Source of the DNA: Thermodesulfobacteriota bacterium | Lineage (GTDB): Bacteria; Desulfobacterota_D; UBA1144; Nemesobacterales; Nemesobacteraceae | Assembly (NCBI GenBank): GCA_965204795.1 | Contig: OZ242012.1 | Span: 99,325 to 163,324 of the forward strand | Direction: 5' to 3' | Length of the DNA stretch: 64,000 nucleotides | Shown: positions 10,038-18,324 of the stretch, one piece after another | Numbering within the stretch: position 1 is the first letter of the stretch | Layout of the letters: every line of letters begins with the position of its first letter | Translations under genes and position numbers: made by a program | Notes under the pieces: generated by a model | What the model was told of the DNA's origin: nothing | What the model saw: the letters and a program-made list of their open reading frames with translations, nothing else | The model's database searches: none

Positions 10038-10741
10038 CTCCCCGTCTCCCCTCTTCTCACCACGACGGCCCGCGAGAGCTCCCCCGGCCCGAGGGTCCCT
10101 TTCTCCACCCATACGGCGACGGCCGAGCTCTCCGCGGCGAGGTCCCCTTCGAAAAGCGCGGCCTCCCGCCGCCCCCCGTTTCCCACCAGGTAGGCCGAGG
10201 CCTCTAGGTCCCCGTCCGCGGCCGAGGCGAACGCCGAGAGAAAAAGCCCGCCGGGCAGCGCCATGCGCGGGGCGGGCGGGACTTCCGCGGGGGCGTCCTC
10301 CCGAAGGAGGGAGAGCACGAGTCTGACCGCCCGGCGCTCCAGTTCCCGGGCGGCGGGCCGCCCCGCCTCTTTCCCTTCCCCGCCCGGCGGGGAGGTCTCG
10401 GCCCCCGCCCGCAGGATCACCGTGCGCGACGGGCCGTCTTCGGGAACCAGCATGAGGGTGAGCCTTCTTTTTTCCGTGAGTACTATGAGCTCGGCCTCCT
10501 CGCGCGCTCTCACCAGCGCCGAGCGGCCGACTATCTTCACGTCCATGGACCCGCTCGAGGTGAAGGCGCCCAGCACCTTTTCCGGAAACTCCACGCGGTT
10601 GGCGGCCTCCCCCGATATCCCGACCGGGACCGACTCTCCCTCCGCGAACTCCGAAAGATCGACCTCGAGGGCCCAGGCGCCCGCGGCCAGAAGGAAAAGC
10701 GCGAGCAGCGCGAGAGCCGCCCCCGCCGCGCGCCTACTCAC
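10034..10741 (-). CDS. traK: TraK secretin-like conjugation protein
   Basis: Signal peptide, ISGEAANRVEFP, LMLVPEDGPSRTVIL; lies between traE and traB. Confidence 0.75.
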   Translation of the reverse strand: MSRRAAGAALALLALFLLAAGAWALEVDLSEFAEGESVPVGISGEAANRVEFPEKVLGAFTSSGSMDVKIVGRSALVRAREEAELIVLTEKRRLTLMLVPEDGPSRTVILRAGAETSPPGGEGKEAGRPAARELERRAVRLVLSLLREDAPAEVPPAPRMALPGGLFLSAFASAADGDLEASAYLVGNGGRREAALFEGDLAAESSAVAVWVEKGTLGPGELSRAVVVRRGETGR

Positions 10742-11312
10742 CCGCCCCTCCCTCGTCCTCCACGAGTTCGGTCACCAGCGGGCGGTTGCGGGCCCCGAGC
10801 TCGAAGCGTATGCGGTAGACGACCTCCCTGTCGTCGGTCACCACGTTTCCGACGACGCGCGTTCGCCGCCCCGAGACCGACGCCTCTCCCGCCCGCGCGT
10901 CGGCCGACACGGTTTTCGGGAAAAACGCCTGGGCCACCCCGCCCGACCTTATCTCCGCCGACTTCTTCATCAGGAATCCCGAGATCGAGTGGTGGCTTTT
11001 CGGATGCACGTAGAGCAGAAACTGCCTCGCGTTGAAGTCCACGGTCTCGGGGGTGAAGGACGCCACGAAGGGAAGCAGCGAGAGGGCCCACTGCTCGAAG
11101 TACGAAAGCGAGGCGCCCCGTGCCGAGACGGAAAAGTCCTCCCTCACGTACTCCGGGGCGTGGACGTGAACCTCCGTGCGCTCCGACATCCTCTTCATCT
11201 GGCAGCCCTGGGCGGCCACGGTGAGGCAGAGAGCGGCGACGGCGAAGCGAAGCGCCCCGTTTTCCCTGGCGAGGTCCAGCCACCTCTCCCTGAACCTGCG
11301 TATGAGCGTCAC
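10734..11312 (-). CDS. traE: TraE conjugation protein
   Basis: N-terminal TM, ASLSYFEQWA...SFTPETVDF...FLLYVHP; follows traL. Confidence 0.8.
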   Translation of the reverse strand: MTLIRRFRERWLDLARENGALRFAVAALCLTVAAQGCQMKRMSERTEVHVHAPEYVREDFSVSARGASLSYFEQWALSLLPFVASFTPETVDFNARQFLLYVHPKSHHSISGFLMKKSAEIRSGGVAQAFFPKTVSADARAGEASVSGRRTRVVGNVVTDDREVVYRIRFELGARNRPLVTELVEDEGGAGE

Positions 11313-11575
11313 TCCCGAAACCTCCGCGCGCGGCTCTCGGGCCTAAGGGACGAAAAGCCGTACCAGTAGGCCAGGCGCGGGAGAAAGGAGCTTCCCCGCC
11401 CGGCCTTTAGCCTCGAGAGCAGCCACCCCAGGGCGAGTCCCGCGGCGAGTCCCGCGAGAGCCCTTCCGCCGAGAGCCCCCAGCACGAAGGCGCCCGAGAA
11501 CGCCGCCACCTCGTCGGCCTCCCACCAGAACACCTGGGGAGGGTCGTCTATGTATCTCGGAATCCTGGTTCTCAT
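11309..11575 (-). CDS. traL: TraL conjugation protein
   Basis: IPRYIDDPPQVFWWEADE...LAYWYG is the TraL signature. Confidence 0.9.
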   Translation of the reverse strand: MRTRIPRYIDDPPQVFWWEADEVAAFSGAFVLGALGGRALAGLAAGLALGWLLSRLKAGRGSSFLPRLAYWYGFSSLRPESRARRFRE

Positions 11576-11579
11576 CCCC

Positions 11580-11900
11580 CTAGAACGTCCCCGTGGCTAT
11601 TCCCTCTATGAGCGCGGGTCCGAGCGACACCACCAGCGCCACCCCTATTCCCGTGAGGGCGGGAAAGAGCGTCTGGCGCATGATCGAGGTGCCGAGTCCT
11701 ATTATGAAAGTGGAAAGCGCGAGCAGCCTCCCGAGGTAGCCCGTCGACCAGCCCTTTATCTTCGTGTATATGCTCTGGAACTCCGTTCCCGTCGTGCCCG
11801 CCTCCGCGTCGCCGCAGAGCAGCACGAGCGCTATCGCCAGGGCCGCCGCCGTCGCCGCGGCCGGAAACGTCCTCCCCGTCGCGTTCGTCGTCGTGTTCAT
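11580..11900 (-). CDS. traA: conjugative pilin TraA (SXT-like)
   Basis: ATG at 11900 after an AAGGAGG RBS; leader ending AEA, then GTTGTEFQSIYTKIKGWSTGYLGRLLAL and two hydrophobic helices. Confidence 0.85.
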   Translation of the reverse strand: MNTTTNATGRTFPAAATAAALAIALVLLCGDAEAGTTGTEFQSIYTKIKGWSTGYLGRLLALSTFIIGLGTSIMRQTLFPALTGIGVALVVSLGPALIEGIATGTF

Positions 11901-11962
11901 TTCGAAAAACCTCCTTCTTCGGTTTCTTTCCCCGCCCCGGGCCGAAGACCTCCCGGCGGGGA

Positions 11963-11990
11963 CCGCGGGGGCGGCGCGCCGCCCCCGCGG
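11963..11990. repeat. perfect 28-bp all-GC palindrome
   Basis: ccgcgggggcggcgcgccgcccccgcgg is its own reverse complement; intergenic, upstream of traA. Confidence 0.9.
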
Positions 11991-12001
11991 AGCCTTCCCC
12001 G

Positions 12002-12358
12002 TCAGGAAGCGCCGGGATCCTTCCCGCCGTCGCGGTCCGCGCGGAGAAAGGACGCGCTCGCGCCGATCTCTATCAGCATCTCGGCGTACTCCTGCGGCCC
12101 GTGGTTTCTCCTCGCGGCCTGGGCGGCCAGAAGCTCCCTGTGCCTCTCGGAGATGACGATCTCCGTCACCTCCACCTCGAACTCCTCCCCGCAGTCCTCC
12201 TCCTCGTCTCCCCACAGCAGGTCGCCGTTCTCTATGAGCCTCTCGAGCAGCCTTTCGGGCTCGAGGTTTCCTTTCCTCGCCTGCTCCTCCAGGTACTCGT
12301 AGTGCTCCTTCACTATGACAAGCGCCCCGTTCCCCCTGTCTTCGCATCGATGTGCCAT
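12002..12358 (-). CDS. small acidic hypothetical protein in the tra cluster
   Basis: ATG at 12358 (MAHRCEDRG) after AAGGAGG; 118 aa, co-oriented with the tra genes. Confidence 0.65.
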   Translation of the reverse strand: MAHRCEDRGNGALVIVKEHYEYLEEQARKGNLEPERLLERLIENGDLLWGDEEEDCGEEFEVEVTEIVISERHRELLAAQAARRNHGPQEYAEMLIEIGASASFLRADRDGGKDPGAS

Positions 12359-12418
12359 GCGACAAATCCTCCTTGAACATGAAGCTCGCGGGACCGCGTC
12401 CCGCGGCCGGAGCATGAT

Positions 12419-13825
12419 TCACTTTCTTTTCCCCCGCGTCACGCGGGGGGACACCGACCCCAGCCCCCGAAGGTCTCCCGTCCTTCGCTTTTCTAGCTCC
12501 TCGAGCTCCACCCCGAACGCCTCGGCGAAAACCGGTATCCAGAACCCGGGCTTCGCCGACTTCTTCCCCCCGAAGCGGTAGTTCCAGAAGGCGGCGTAGT
12601 AGCCGTCGGCGACTTCCGCGCCGACCCAGCCGCGGGATTTCAGCGCGTTCGTTACCATGAGCTTGGCCTCGAGTTCCGCCGAGGAGTCGAAAAACCTCAT
12701 GTCGGCCGCGTCCGCGGCCTCCATGTGCTCCCGCACGGCGTCGAGCAGCCGGTGGGGATCCACGTACACGACCCCGTTTGTGGCGGAAAACGCCCAGACG
12801 CCGGGCGCCCGCTCCCCGTCGGGAACGTTTATCGCGGGAAGGACTCTCTCGCGAAGCACCCGCGGCGCGTCCTCCACGAGCCACGGCGGAGGCTCGCCCC
12901 GGGGCGCGTCGCCCGCGGGGGCGAAGCGCCCCGCGCTCCCGCCGGAGAACTCCTCCGCGCGGGCGGCCGAGTCGGCGGCCTTGAGGTTCACCAAGAGCTC
13001 CCCGGCGGCCTCCGAGCTTCTGTGGTGGTTCCGAACGGCGTCCACCACTCCCTGGAGCTCCCTCGGGGCTCCGGTTCCGCCGAACCCGGCTATCCACTCC
13101 GAGAGCACGGCGGCCGAGGCCTCGGCGTGGCCGTCCTTCATGTACCGGCCCGGCTTTCTGAACTTTTCGATCTTTCCCAGGTCGTGCGCGAGGGCGGCCA
13201 GCAGGTGCTTTCCGTACAGGAGCTTCTCCGAGTGGCGAGAGTCGTGGATCTCCCTCATGCGCCGGGCCGTCCGAAGGGAGTGGTCGAGAAGCGATATCTT
13301 CCCGAACCGCGAGGCCGCCGGGCGAAACGAACTTCTCGAGTCTCCGGAGACGACGCTCGGGCAGAGCCCGTCCCTGTCGAGCGCGGAGAGAACCTTTTCG
13401 ATCACGGGAAGCTCCCCGGTTCTTTCAAGCACGTCGCGGAGGGGAAGCACCTCCTCCCTCCAGAAGTCGGCCGTCTCCTCCCGCCCGAACTCCGGTTCGG
13501 GCCGGGGCCCGGGATCCGAAAGCGCGGGAGCGGTCCGCGCCGCCTCGGGCGTTTCGGCCAGCCAGAGTCTGCCCGCGAGACCGCAGAGGGTCTCGGGGAC
13601 GGGGCCGCCGGGTTCTTCGGACGGGATTTCCCGTGCGCCTCGCTCCGCCGCGCCCCGCTCCTCCCGAAGCTCCGCCCCCGCGTCCCCGCCCCGCCGGCCT
13701 CTCCTCCCCGCTGCCGCCGAGAAAAGCGCCCCCAGGGCGAAGCACGCGGCCGCGGACAGAAAAACAGTCTCCCAGCTCACGGTCATCTGCGGCAGGTTCA
13801 TCTCGCCGTTTCCTCCCTCGTTCAT
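12419..13825 (-). CDS. HD-domain relaxase-like protein (MOBH/TraI_2-like) with N-terminal hydrophobic segment
   Basis: ATG overlaps the traD stop (alternative ATG at 13801). SLLDHSLRTA, LAALAHDLGK, GHAEAS, AVRNHH, LKAADSAAR. The relaxase role is inferred from HD motifs and coupling to traD. Confidence 0.65.
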   Translation of the reverse strand: MNEGGNGEMNLPQMTVSWETVFLSAAACFALGALFSAAAGRRGRRGGDAGAELREERGAAERGAREIPSEEPGGPVPETLCGLAGRLWLAETPEAARTAPALSDPGPRPEPEFGREETADFWREEVLPLRDVLERTGELPVIEKVLSALDRDGLCPSVVSGDSRSSFRPAASRFGKISLLDHSLRTARRMREIHDSRHSEKLLYGKHLLAALAHDLGKIEKFRKPGRYMKDGHAEASAAVLSEWIAGFGGTGAPRELQGVVDAVRNHHRSSEAAGELLVNLKAADSAARAEEFSGGSAGRFAPAGDAPRGEPPPWLVEDAPRVLRERVLPAINVPDGERAPGVWAFSATNGVVYVDPHRLLDAVREHMEAADAADMRFFDSSAELEAKLMVTNALKSRGWVGAEVADGYYAAFWNYRFGGKKSAKPGFWIPVFAEAFGVELEELEKRRTGDLRGLGSVSPRVTRGKRK

Positions 13826-15255
13826 CCGTTCGTTCTCCCGGGAAAGAGTATTCGCGGGGCCTCCGCCACGTCCGCGGTCCTTCCCCTGTACACTCCATCG
13901 AAGGTGAAGGCGTAGAACTCCCGCCGCCCGAGGCGCATGAAGCTTTCGGGCGGGGCTGCGTCCTCCTCCGTCTCCCTGACGACGAGCCCGCCTCCGAGGC
14001 TCATCGCGGGGGAGAACCTTCTTCTCCGCCCCGCCATGCGGGAGGCGTACTCGGCCGTCGCCGGGTCGTTCACCCGAAACACTATCCTGGTGTTGGAGTT
14101 GTCGAGTATCTTCGCCGCGCGCGCCTCGCCGAGCTCGGCCACGAGATCCTGGCGGCTCTGGGCGAGCATGTGGAGCCACACCCCCGCCCCGCCCGCCTTG
14201 CTGAAAAGGTCGTCCGCCCCGAAGTACAGGACGTTGGCCGCCTCGTCGGCGTGGACGGCGAGGGGAGGGTCGAGCCGCCCGCCCGAGCCGAGAACCCTGC
14301 CCACCAGGCTCTGCACCATGGACAGCAGCACCCGGGCCATTATGTGGGCGGTCTTCCTGGTGAGAAGCGAGCCCGTCTGCACCACCAGTATCGCCCCGCG
14401 CCCGCCGTCGAGCCTCTCGAGGAAGCGGTTGGCGGGGTCCCTTCCCATTATCTCCCCCACCGAGCCGGAACTGAGCGAAGTTATCGCCGCGCGAAGGCTC
14501 GAGGAGACCTTCGAGAAGTAGTCCCGCGGGGAGGAGAGTATCTGGTCGAGGTTGACGAGCGTCTCCCGCGCCTCCTCCCCCTCGAGTTCCGCCACCTGGG
14601 CCCGAAGGCTTTCCAGTTCCCCGTACCCTATGTTCTCCTTTATCTTCCTGAAGGTGAACTCGGGCCTGCGGCCGAGCGAGGCGGCTATGAGCGAAAGTGC
14701 CCGCACGACCACCAGCGTCACCTCGTACGCCACGTTGAAGTAGAACTCGTCTCCGACCCTCACTCCCGAAACCACGTGGCTCACCACCTCCTCGGGCATG
14801 AACCAGTGCGAAAGCGGGTCTATCCTCACCGACCACTCGGGAAAAAGCGGGGAGAAGAACATCAGGTCCTCCTCCCTTCCCGTCTCGCGGGCGACGCTCA
14901 CGATTTTCGCGAACGCCCGGGAGTCCCCCTTGGGATCGATCCACAGAAGATTGCGCCCGGCCCGAAGATCGTGCTCCATCATCGCCTCGGCCAGGCGGGT
15001 CTTTCCGCTCCTGGTCGCCCCCATGGTGAACACGTGCCCCTCCCTGTCGGAGTCGGAGACGACCAGGGGCCGGGGTTCGGAACCCGCGTCCGCCCCGTCC
15101 GCGAGCGAAAACCCCTCGCCTATGACGGCTCCCCCGGGGAGGGGATTTCCGTCCCTTCCCTCGGGGGCGGGGGCGCCTCGCCGCGCGCGGCGGAGAAGCC
15201 CCTTCGCCGCCCTTTCGAGATTTCTTCCCGCGTGTCTTTCCATCGTCTCTGTCAT
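13822..15255 (-). CDS. traD: type IV coupling protein TraD
   Basis: Walker A GATRSGKT, IDPKGD, Walker B HADEAAN, KAGGAG, AQS, ILDNSNTRIVFRVND. Confidence 0.9.
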   Translation of the reverse strand: MTETMERHAGRNLERAAKGLLRRARRGAPAPEGRDGNPLPGGAVIGEGFSLADGADAGSEPRPLVVSDSDREGHVFTMGATRSGKTRLAEAMMEHDLRAGRNLLWIDPKGDSRAFAKIVSVARETGREEDLMFFSPLFPEWSVRIDPLSHWFMPEEVVSHVVSGVRVGDEFYFNVAYEVTLVVVRALSLIAASLGRRPEFTFRKIKENIGYGELESLRAQVAELEGEEARETLVNLDQILSSPRDYFSKVSSSLRAAITSLSSGSVGEIMGRDPANRFLERLDGGRGAILVVQTGSLLTRKTAHIMARVLLSMVQSLVGRVLGSGGRLDPPLAVHADEAANVLYFGADDLFSKAGGAGVWLHMLAQSRQDLVAELGEARAAKILDNSNTRIVFRVNDPATAEYASRMAGRRRRFSPAMSLGGGLVVRETEEDAAPPESFMRLGRREFYAFTFDGVYRGRTADVAEAPRILFPGRTNG

Positions 15256-15282
15256 GGCGCGAAACCGCTTGCTGGAAACTTT

Positions 15283-15387
15283 CGAGATAATGTATTACAT
15301 TTCTCGCGAAATGTCCAGAAAAATTTTTTCGGGAGAGAAAAAACTCCGCGGCGGGGGATGTTCCGGGGGGACGGGACCGCGCGGTCC
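15283..15387. promoter_or_regulatory. cluster of inverted repeats in the divergent intergenic region (candidate oriT/operator)
   Basis: cgaga-t-aatgta-t-tacatt-tctcg (15283-15306), acatttc-N4-gaaatgt (15297-15314), gaaaaa-t-tttttc (15318-15330), ggaccgcgcggtcc (15374-15387). The repeats are seen; their function is inferred. Confidence 0.4.
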
Positions 15388-15474
15388 GGCGTTCCTCTTT
15401 ACGCGCGGATGCGGGTACGGGCGCGGCGCGGTACTCGCGAGGATTTTTTCCCCGGCGGGCGGAGGCGCGGCGAA

Positions 15475-16233
15475 ATGACCGGACGGCCGGGGGAGTCCGC
15501 CTCGGAGCGGGGCGCGGAGAATTCCATGGGCGTTCTCGACGCTGTGTCGCTCGCCCAGCGCCTGTGCGTGATGGAGAGGACGGGCGGGGACGTGCCTTCG
15601 GACTTTCTGGGGGCGCGGGGGGCTTTTTCGTTTTTTTCCGCGGGGTTTCGCGCCGGTCTCGCGGAGGCGGCCCTGCTCGCGCTGCTTCTTCCCCTGGCGA
15701 TGGGAGTGAGCGGGGGAGCGGTGGGGGCCTTCGGGGAGAGGGATGCGGATTTTTCCGCGAGGTGTCTCGTGTTCGTCTTCTGCCTTGGGCCGGGCGCCGC
15801 GTCGGCGTGGGCGTTCGGGGCGGTTCTCGCCCGCTGCCGGGCGGGAGAGCTTTCCAGAAAGGCGGTCGGCTGCCTCGCCTGGGGGCGGGCCTCGGCCATG
15901 GCGGCGGGGGGAGCGGGGGCGTTTCTCGCGTTTCACGCGCTTTCGCTTCTCTCGGAGCCGGAGGTCGTCCGCCGGTTCCTCGGCCCGGCCGGGGAGGTTT
16001 TCTTCGCGGACCCCGACGCGCTTGGCTCCGCGGCGGCCGCCGCGGGGGAGTCCCTTCGCAAAAGCGCCCTCGCCCACCTCGTTCTCTGTCCCCTGCTGGG
16101 GTTTTTTCCCTTCCTCGCCTTTCGCCTCTTCGGGCGTAGGCGGCGGGGGGCGGGCGGCTTCGGAAGAATATTTCCGCGGCGGGGGATTTTCCGCCGCCGG
16201 GAGCGTCCCCGCGGGGAGGAAAAAACGCCTTGA
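15475..16233 (+). CDS. multi-pass membrane protein divergent from traD
   Basis: ATG at 15475 after GGAGG; C-terminal 252 aa of track ORF 13633..16233; about four hydrophobic helices; same GC-rich style as the tra genes. Confidence 0.65.
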   Translation: MTGRPGESASERGAENSMGVLDAVSLAQRLCVMERTGGDVPSDFLGARGAFSFFSAGFRAGLAEAALLALLLPLAMGVSGGAVGAFGERDADFSARCLVFVFCLGPGAASAWAFGAVLARCRAGELSRKAVGCLAWGRASAMAAGGAGAFLAFHALSLLSEPEVVRRFLGPAGEVFFADPDALGSAAAAAGESLRKSALAHLVLCPLLGFFPFLAFRLFGRRRRGAGGFGRIFPRRGIFRRRERPRGEEKTP

Positions 16234-16258
16234 CAACCCCGCTTCAGTGCTTTAGTGT
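16230..16258 (+). promoter_or_regulatory. sigma70-type promoter of the outer-membrane protein gene
   Basis: TTGACA-17 nt-TAGTGT; a similar element (ggaaaaaacgcTTGATA) recurs at about 16293-16309. Confidence 0.5.
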
Positions 16259-16428
16259 TAAGGGAGCGTTAAGAAAAAAGAGGACGTTTGCAGGAAAAAA
16301 CGCTTGATATTGGGCTTGTCGCTGTAATAAGCTATTAGAGCGTTTATTCGCGTTCCGTTCGGGAGGTGGCTCGGGACGCGGGGGTTTTTCGATTGCGAAT
16401 GCACAATTTTACTAGGAGGTAAGGAGAG

Positions 16429-18042
16429 ATGATTCAAGCCAGATGGCTAATTATATTTTTCGCGGTTCTCGGCATGACGATTCCGTCTTTCGCGATAGAC
16501 CTTTCGCTGGGCGGTTTCCCGAGCTACATGAGGACCCGCGCGCGTTATCTGTCGAACGCCACTTTCATGAACACCCTGACCGACACTCAGGCACGGGCGA
16601 TGGGCACGGATGATGCCGACGACCAGATTTTCTTCGTGGACACCACCCTTAGGCTTACCCCGCAGCTGTCGCTCAGCGACGCGGTGACCGTAAGGGCGCA
16701 GGTTGACGTTGCCAACAATGCGATATGGGGCGGCAGGACCAGCGGTTTCTTCGGTGGTGCCCCCGGGCCGACGAACCATGACACCGTAGTACTGTCCGAC
16801 CTGAGGCCGAACGACCGTTTCAGGGGCGCTATTCTGGATGGAGACAAATCGGTAAACAGGAACGCTGATTACTTCAGCGTCCGCATGCTTCACGCCGATA
16901 TCGTTCTTCCGAACAATCTCGGCTTCGTCAGGATCGGACGCCAGCCTTTCGACTGGGGTCTCGGGATTCTCGCCAACGGCGGGCACGATCCCAAGTCCGA
17001 CCTCGGTTTCGTGGTTGACAGGTTTCTCTGGCTGAAGTCCTTCCCCACGGGACCGGGCACTTTCACCCTGGTTGTGGTATCCGATGTGTTCAGCGGCGGC
17101 TCGGGACCGTTTTCCGGCAGCGGAACGGGCTACGACATAGGGGCCGTGGCGGCTATATACAACCAGCAGATGGGGGGCGTGAACATGACCGTCGGGGCTT
17201 ACGGGTTCCCCTACCTGCATCAGAACAACATATTCTCTGGAGCAGCTCCCGGGGGCCTTCTTGGAAATGAGTACCGGTGGGATGTTGACCGCACCGGGCT
17301 GTACGCCGGTATGCTGGCCCTTAAGGCCGACAGCTGGAGCTTCAATTACGAAGTCCAGATGTTCGGTGGAGGAAAGCTGAAGAACGGAGCGCTGGGCAGC
17401 CTTCCCGCTGGAGAGTTTAAGCTGGGTTACGCTTTCAACATGGCTGGCCGTCTCGAATACTATCCGTCAATGATGGCCCAGGTGGCCACGATAGGTCTTG
17501 AAGGCGGATGGGCGCAGGGCGACGATGGTTCTACTGCTCTGACGATTGAAGGTAACGCCCTTCCGTTCAGCCCGGCCTACAATGTGGACAACCTGCTTTT
17601 CAAGCACATAATTCCTACCGTATACAACATAGAGGGAAGCGTTATAAACGCTTTCTACGGCAGGATATACGCCAACATGAAGCTCGCGGACAATCTGGGA
17701 TTCACTCCTCAGGTTCTTACCGCTTGGAATCATGAGAAGAATGCGATTTCGGCTTTTGATTCCAACTATACGGCTTTGGAAGTTAACTTGGGTACGGGTA
17801 TTCCGAGCACTCCAGTTGACAGCTACCTAGGTACCGAAATCGAGGGAACGCTCACCTGGTCGATTTACCCGGGAGTGGACCTTGATCTGATAGGTAGCGT
17901 CGTGATTGCTGGCGACGGTTTGAAGGACCTGATCGAAGCTTCCGGTAGAGCCAAGTCTGGCGAGGCCGTCGGAACTGCCTCGGGTACGCCTTGGGCGGTT
18001 CAGACCAGGCTGATGGTCTACATCGACCAGTTCATGAATTAA
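16429..18042 (+). CDS. outer-membrane beta-barrel protein (porin-like)
   Basis: Signal peptide, amphipathic strands, RIGRQPFDWGLG, YLGTEIEG, aromatic residue near the C-terminus; strong AGGAGGT RBS and its own terminator. Confidence 0.8.
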   Translation: MIQARWLIIFFAVLGMTIPSFAIDLSLGGFPSYMRTRARYLSNATFMNTLTDTQARAMGTDDADDQIFFVDTTLRLTPQLSLSDAVTVRAQVDVANNAIWGGRTSGFFGGAPGPTNHDTVVLSDLRPNDRFRGAILDGDKSVNRNADYFSVRMLHADIVLPNNLGFVRIGRQPFDWGLGILANGGHDPKSDLGFVVDRFLWLKSFPTGPGTFTLVVVSDVFSGGSGPFSGSGTGYDIGAVAAIYNQQMGGVNMTVGAYGFPYLHQNNIFSGAAPGGLLGNEYRWDVDRTGLYAGMLALKADSWSFNYEVQMFGGGKLKNGALGSLPAGEFKLGYAFNMAGRLEYYPSMMAQVATIGLEGGWAQGDDGSTALTIEGNALPFSPAYNVDNLLFKHIIPTVYNIEGSVINAFYGRIYANMKLADNLGFTPQVLTAWNHEKNAISAFDSNYTALEVNLGTGIPSTPVDSYLGTEIEGTLTWSIYPGVDLDLIGSVVIAGDGLKDLIEASGRAKSGEAVGTASGTPWAVQTRLMVYIDQFMN

Positions 18043-18074
18043 GAAACGAAACGAGAGCTAACAAAGCTTGAACG

Positions 18075-18111
18075 AAGCGGGCTTCCTTACAAAGGAGCCC
18101 GCTTTTTTTTT
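18075..18111 (+). terminator. rho-independent terminator
   Basis: aagcgggcttcctt-aca-aaggagcccgc followed by a T9 tract. Confidence 0.85.
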
Positions 18112-18324
18112 GCGCTTGGAGACTTTTCGGAAAAGATGTGCGGAGGACATATCCGTTACGAAAAACTTGCAGGTCAAGATTGCTCTGGATGGACCGCTGG
18201 AAGGGGTATGGGTCGTATTACCCTGTTATTCGTGAGTGGGTCGGAGCTCAGGATTGCGGTATTTTTAGAAAAAGTTGTTTCCTTTTGTTCTTATGATACC
18301 GTTGTTTTACCCGATCGGTCGCTA

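Larger units (their letters stand above)
4505..16233. mobile_element. F/SXT-type conjugative transfer module (ICE-derived; ends and integrase not seen)
   Basis: Contiguous, largely translationally coupled traD-relaxase-traALEKBVC-trbI-peptidase-traW, visibly much more GC-rich than the flanks. Confidence 0.75.
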
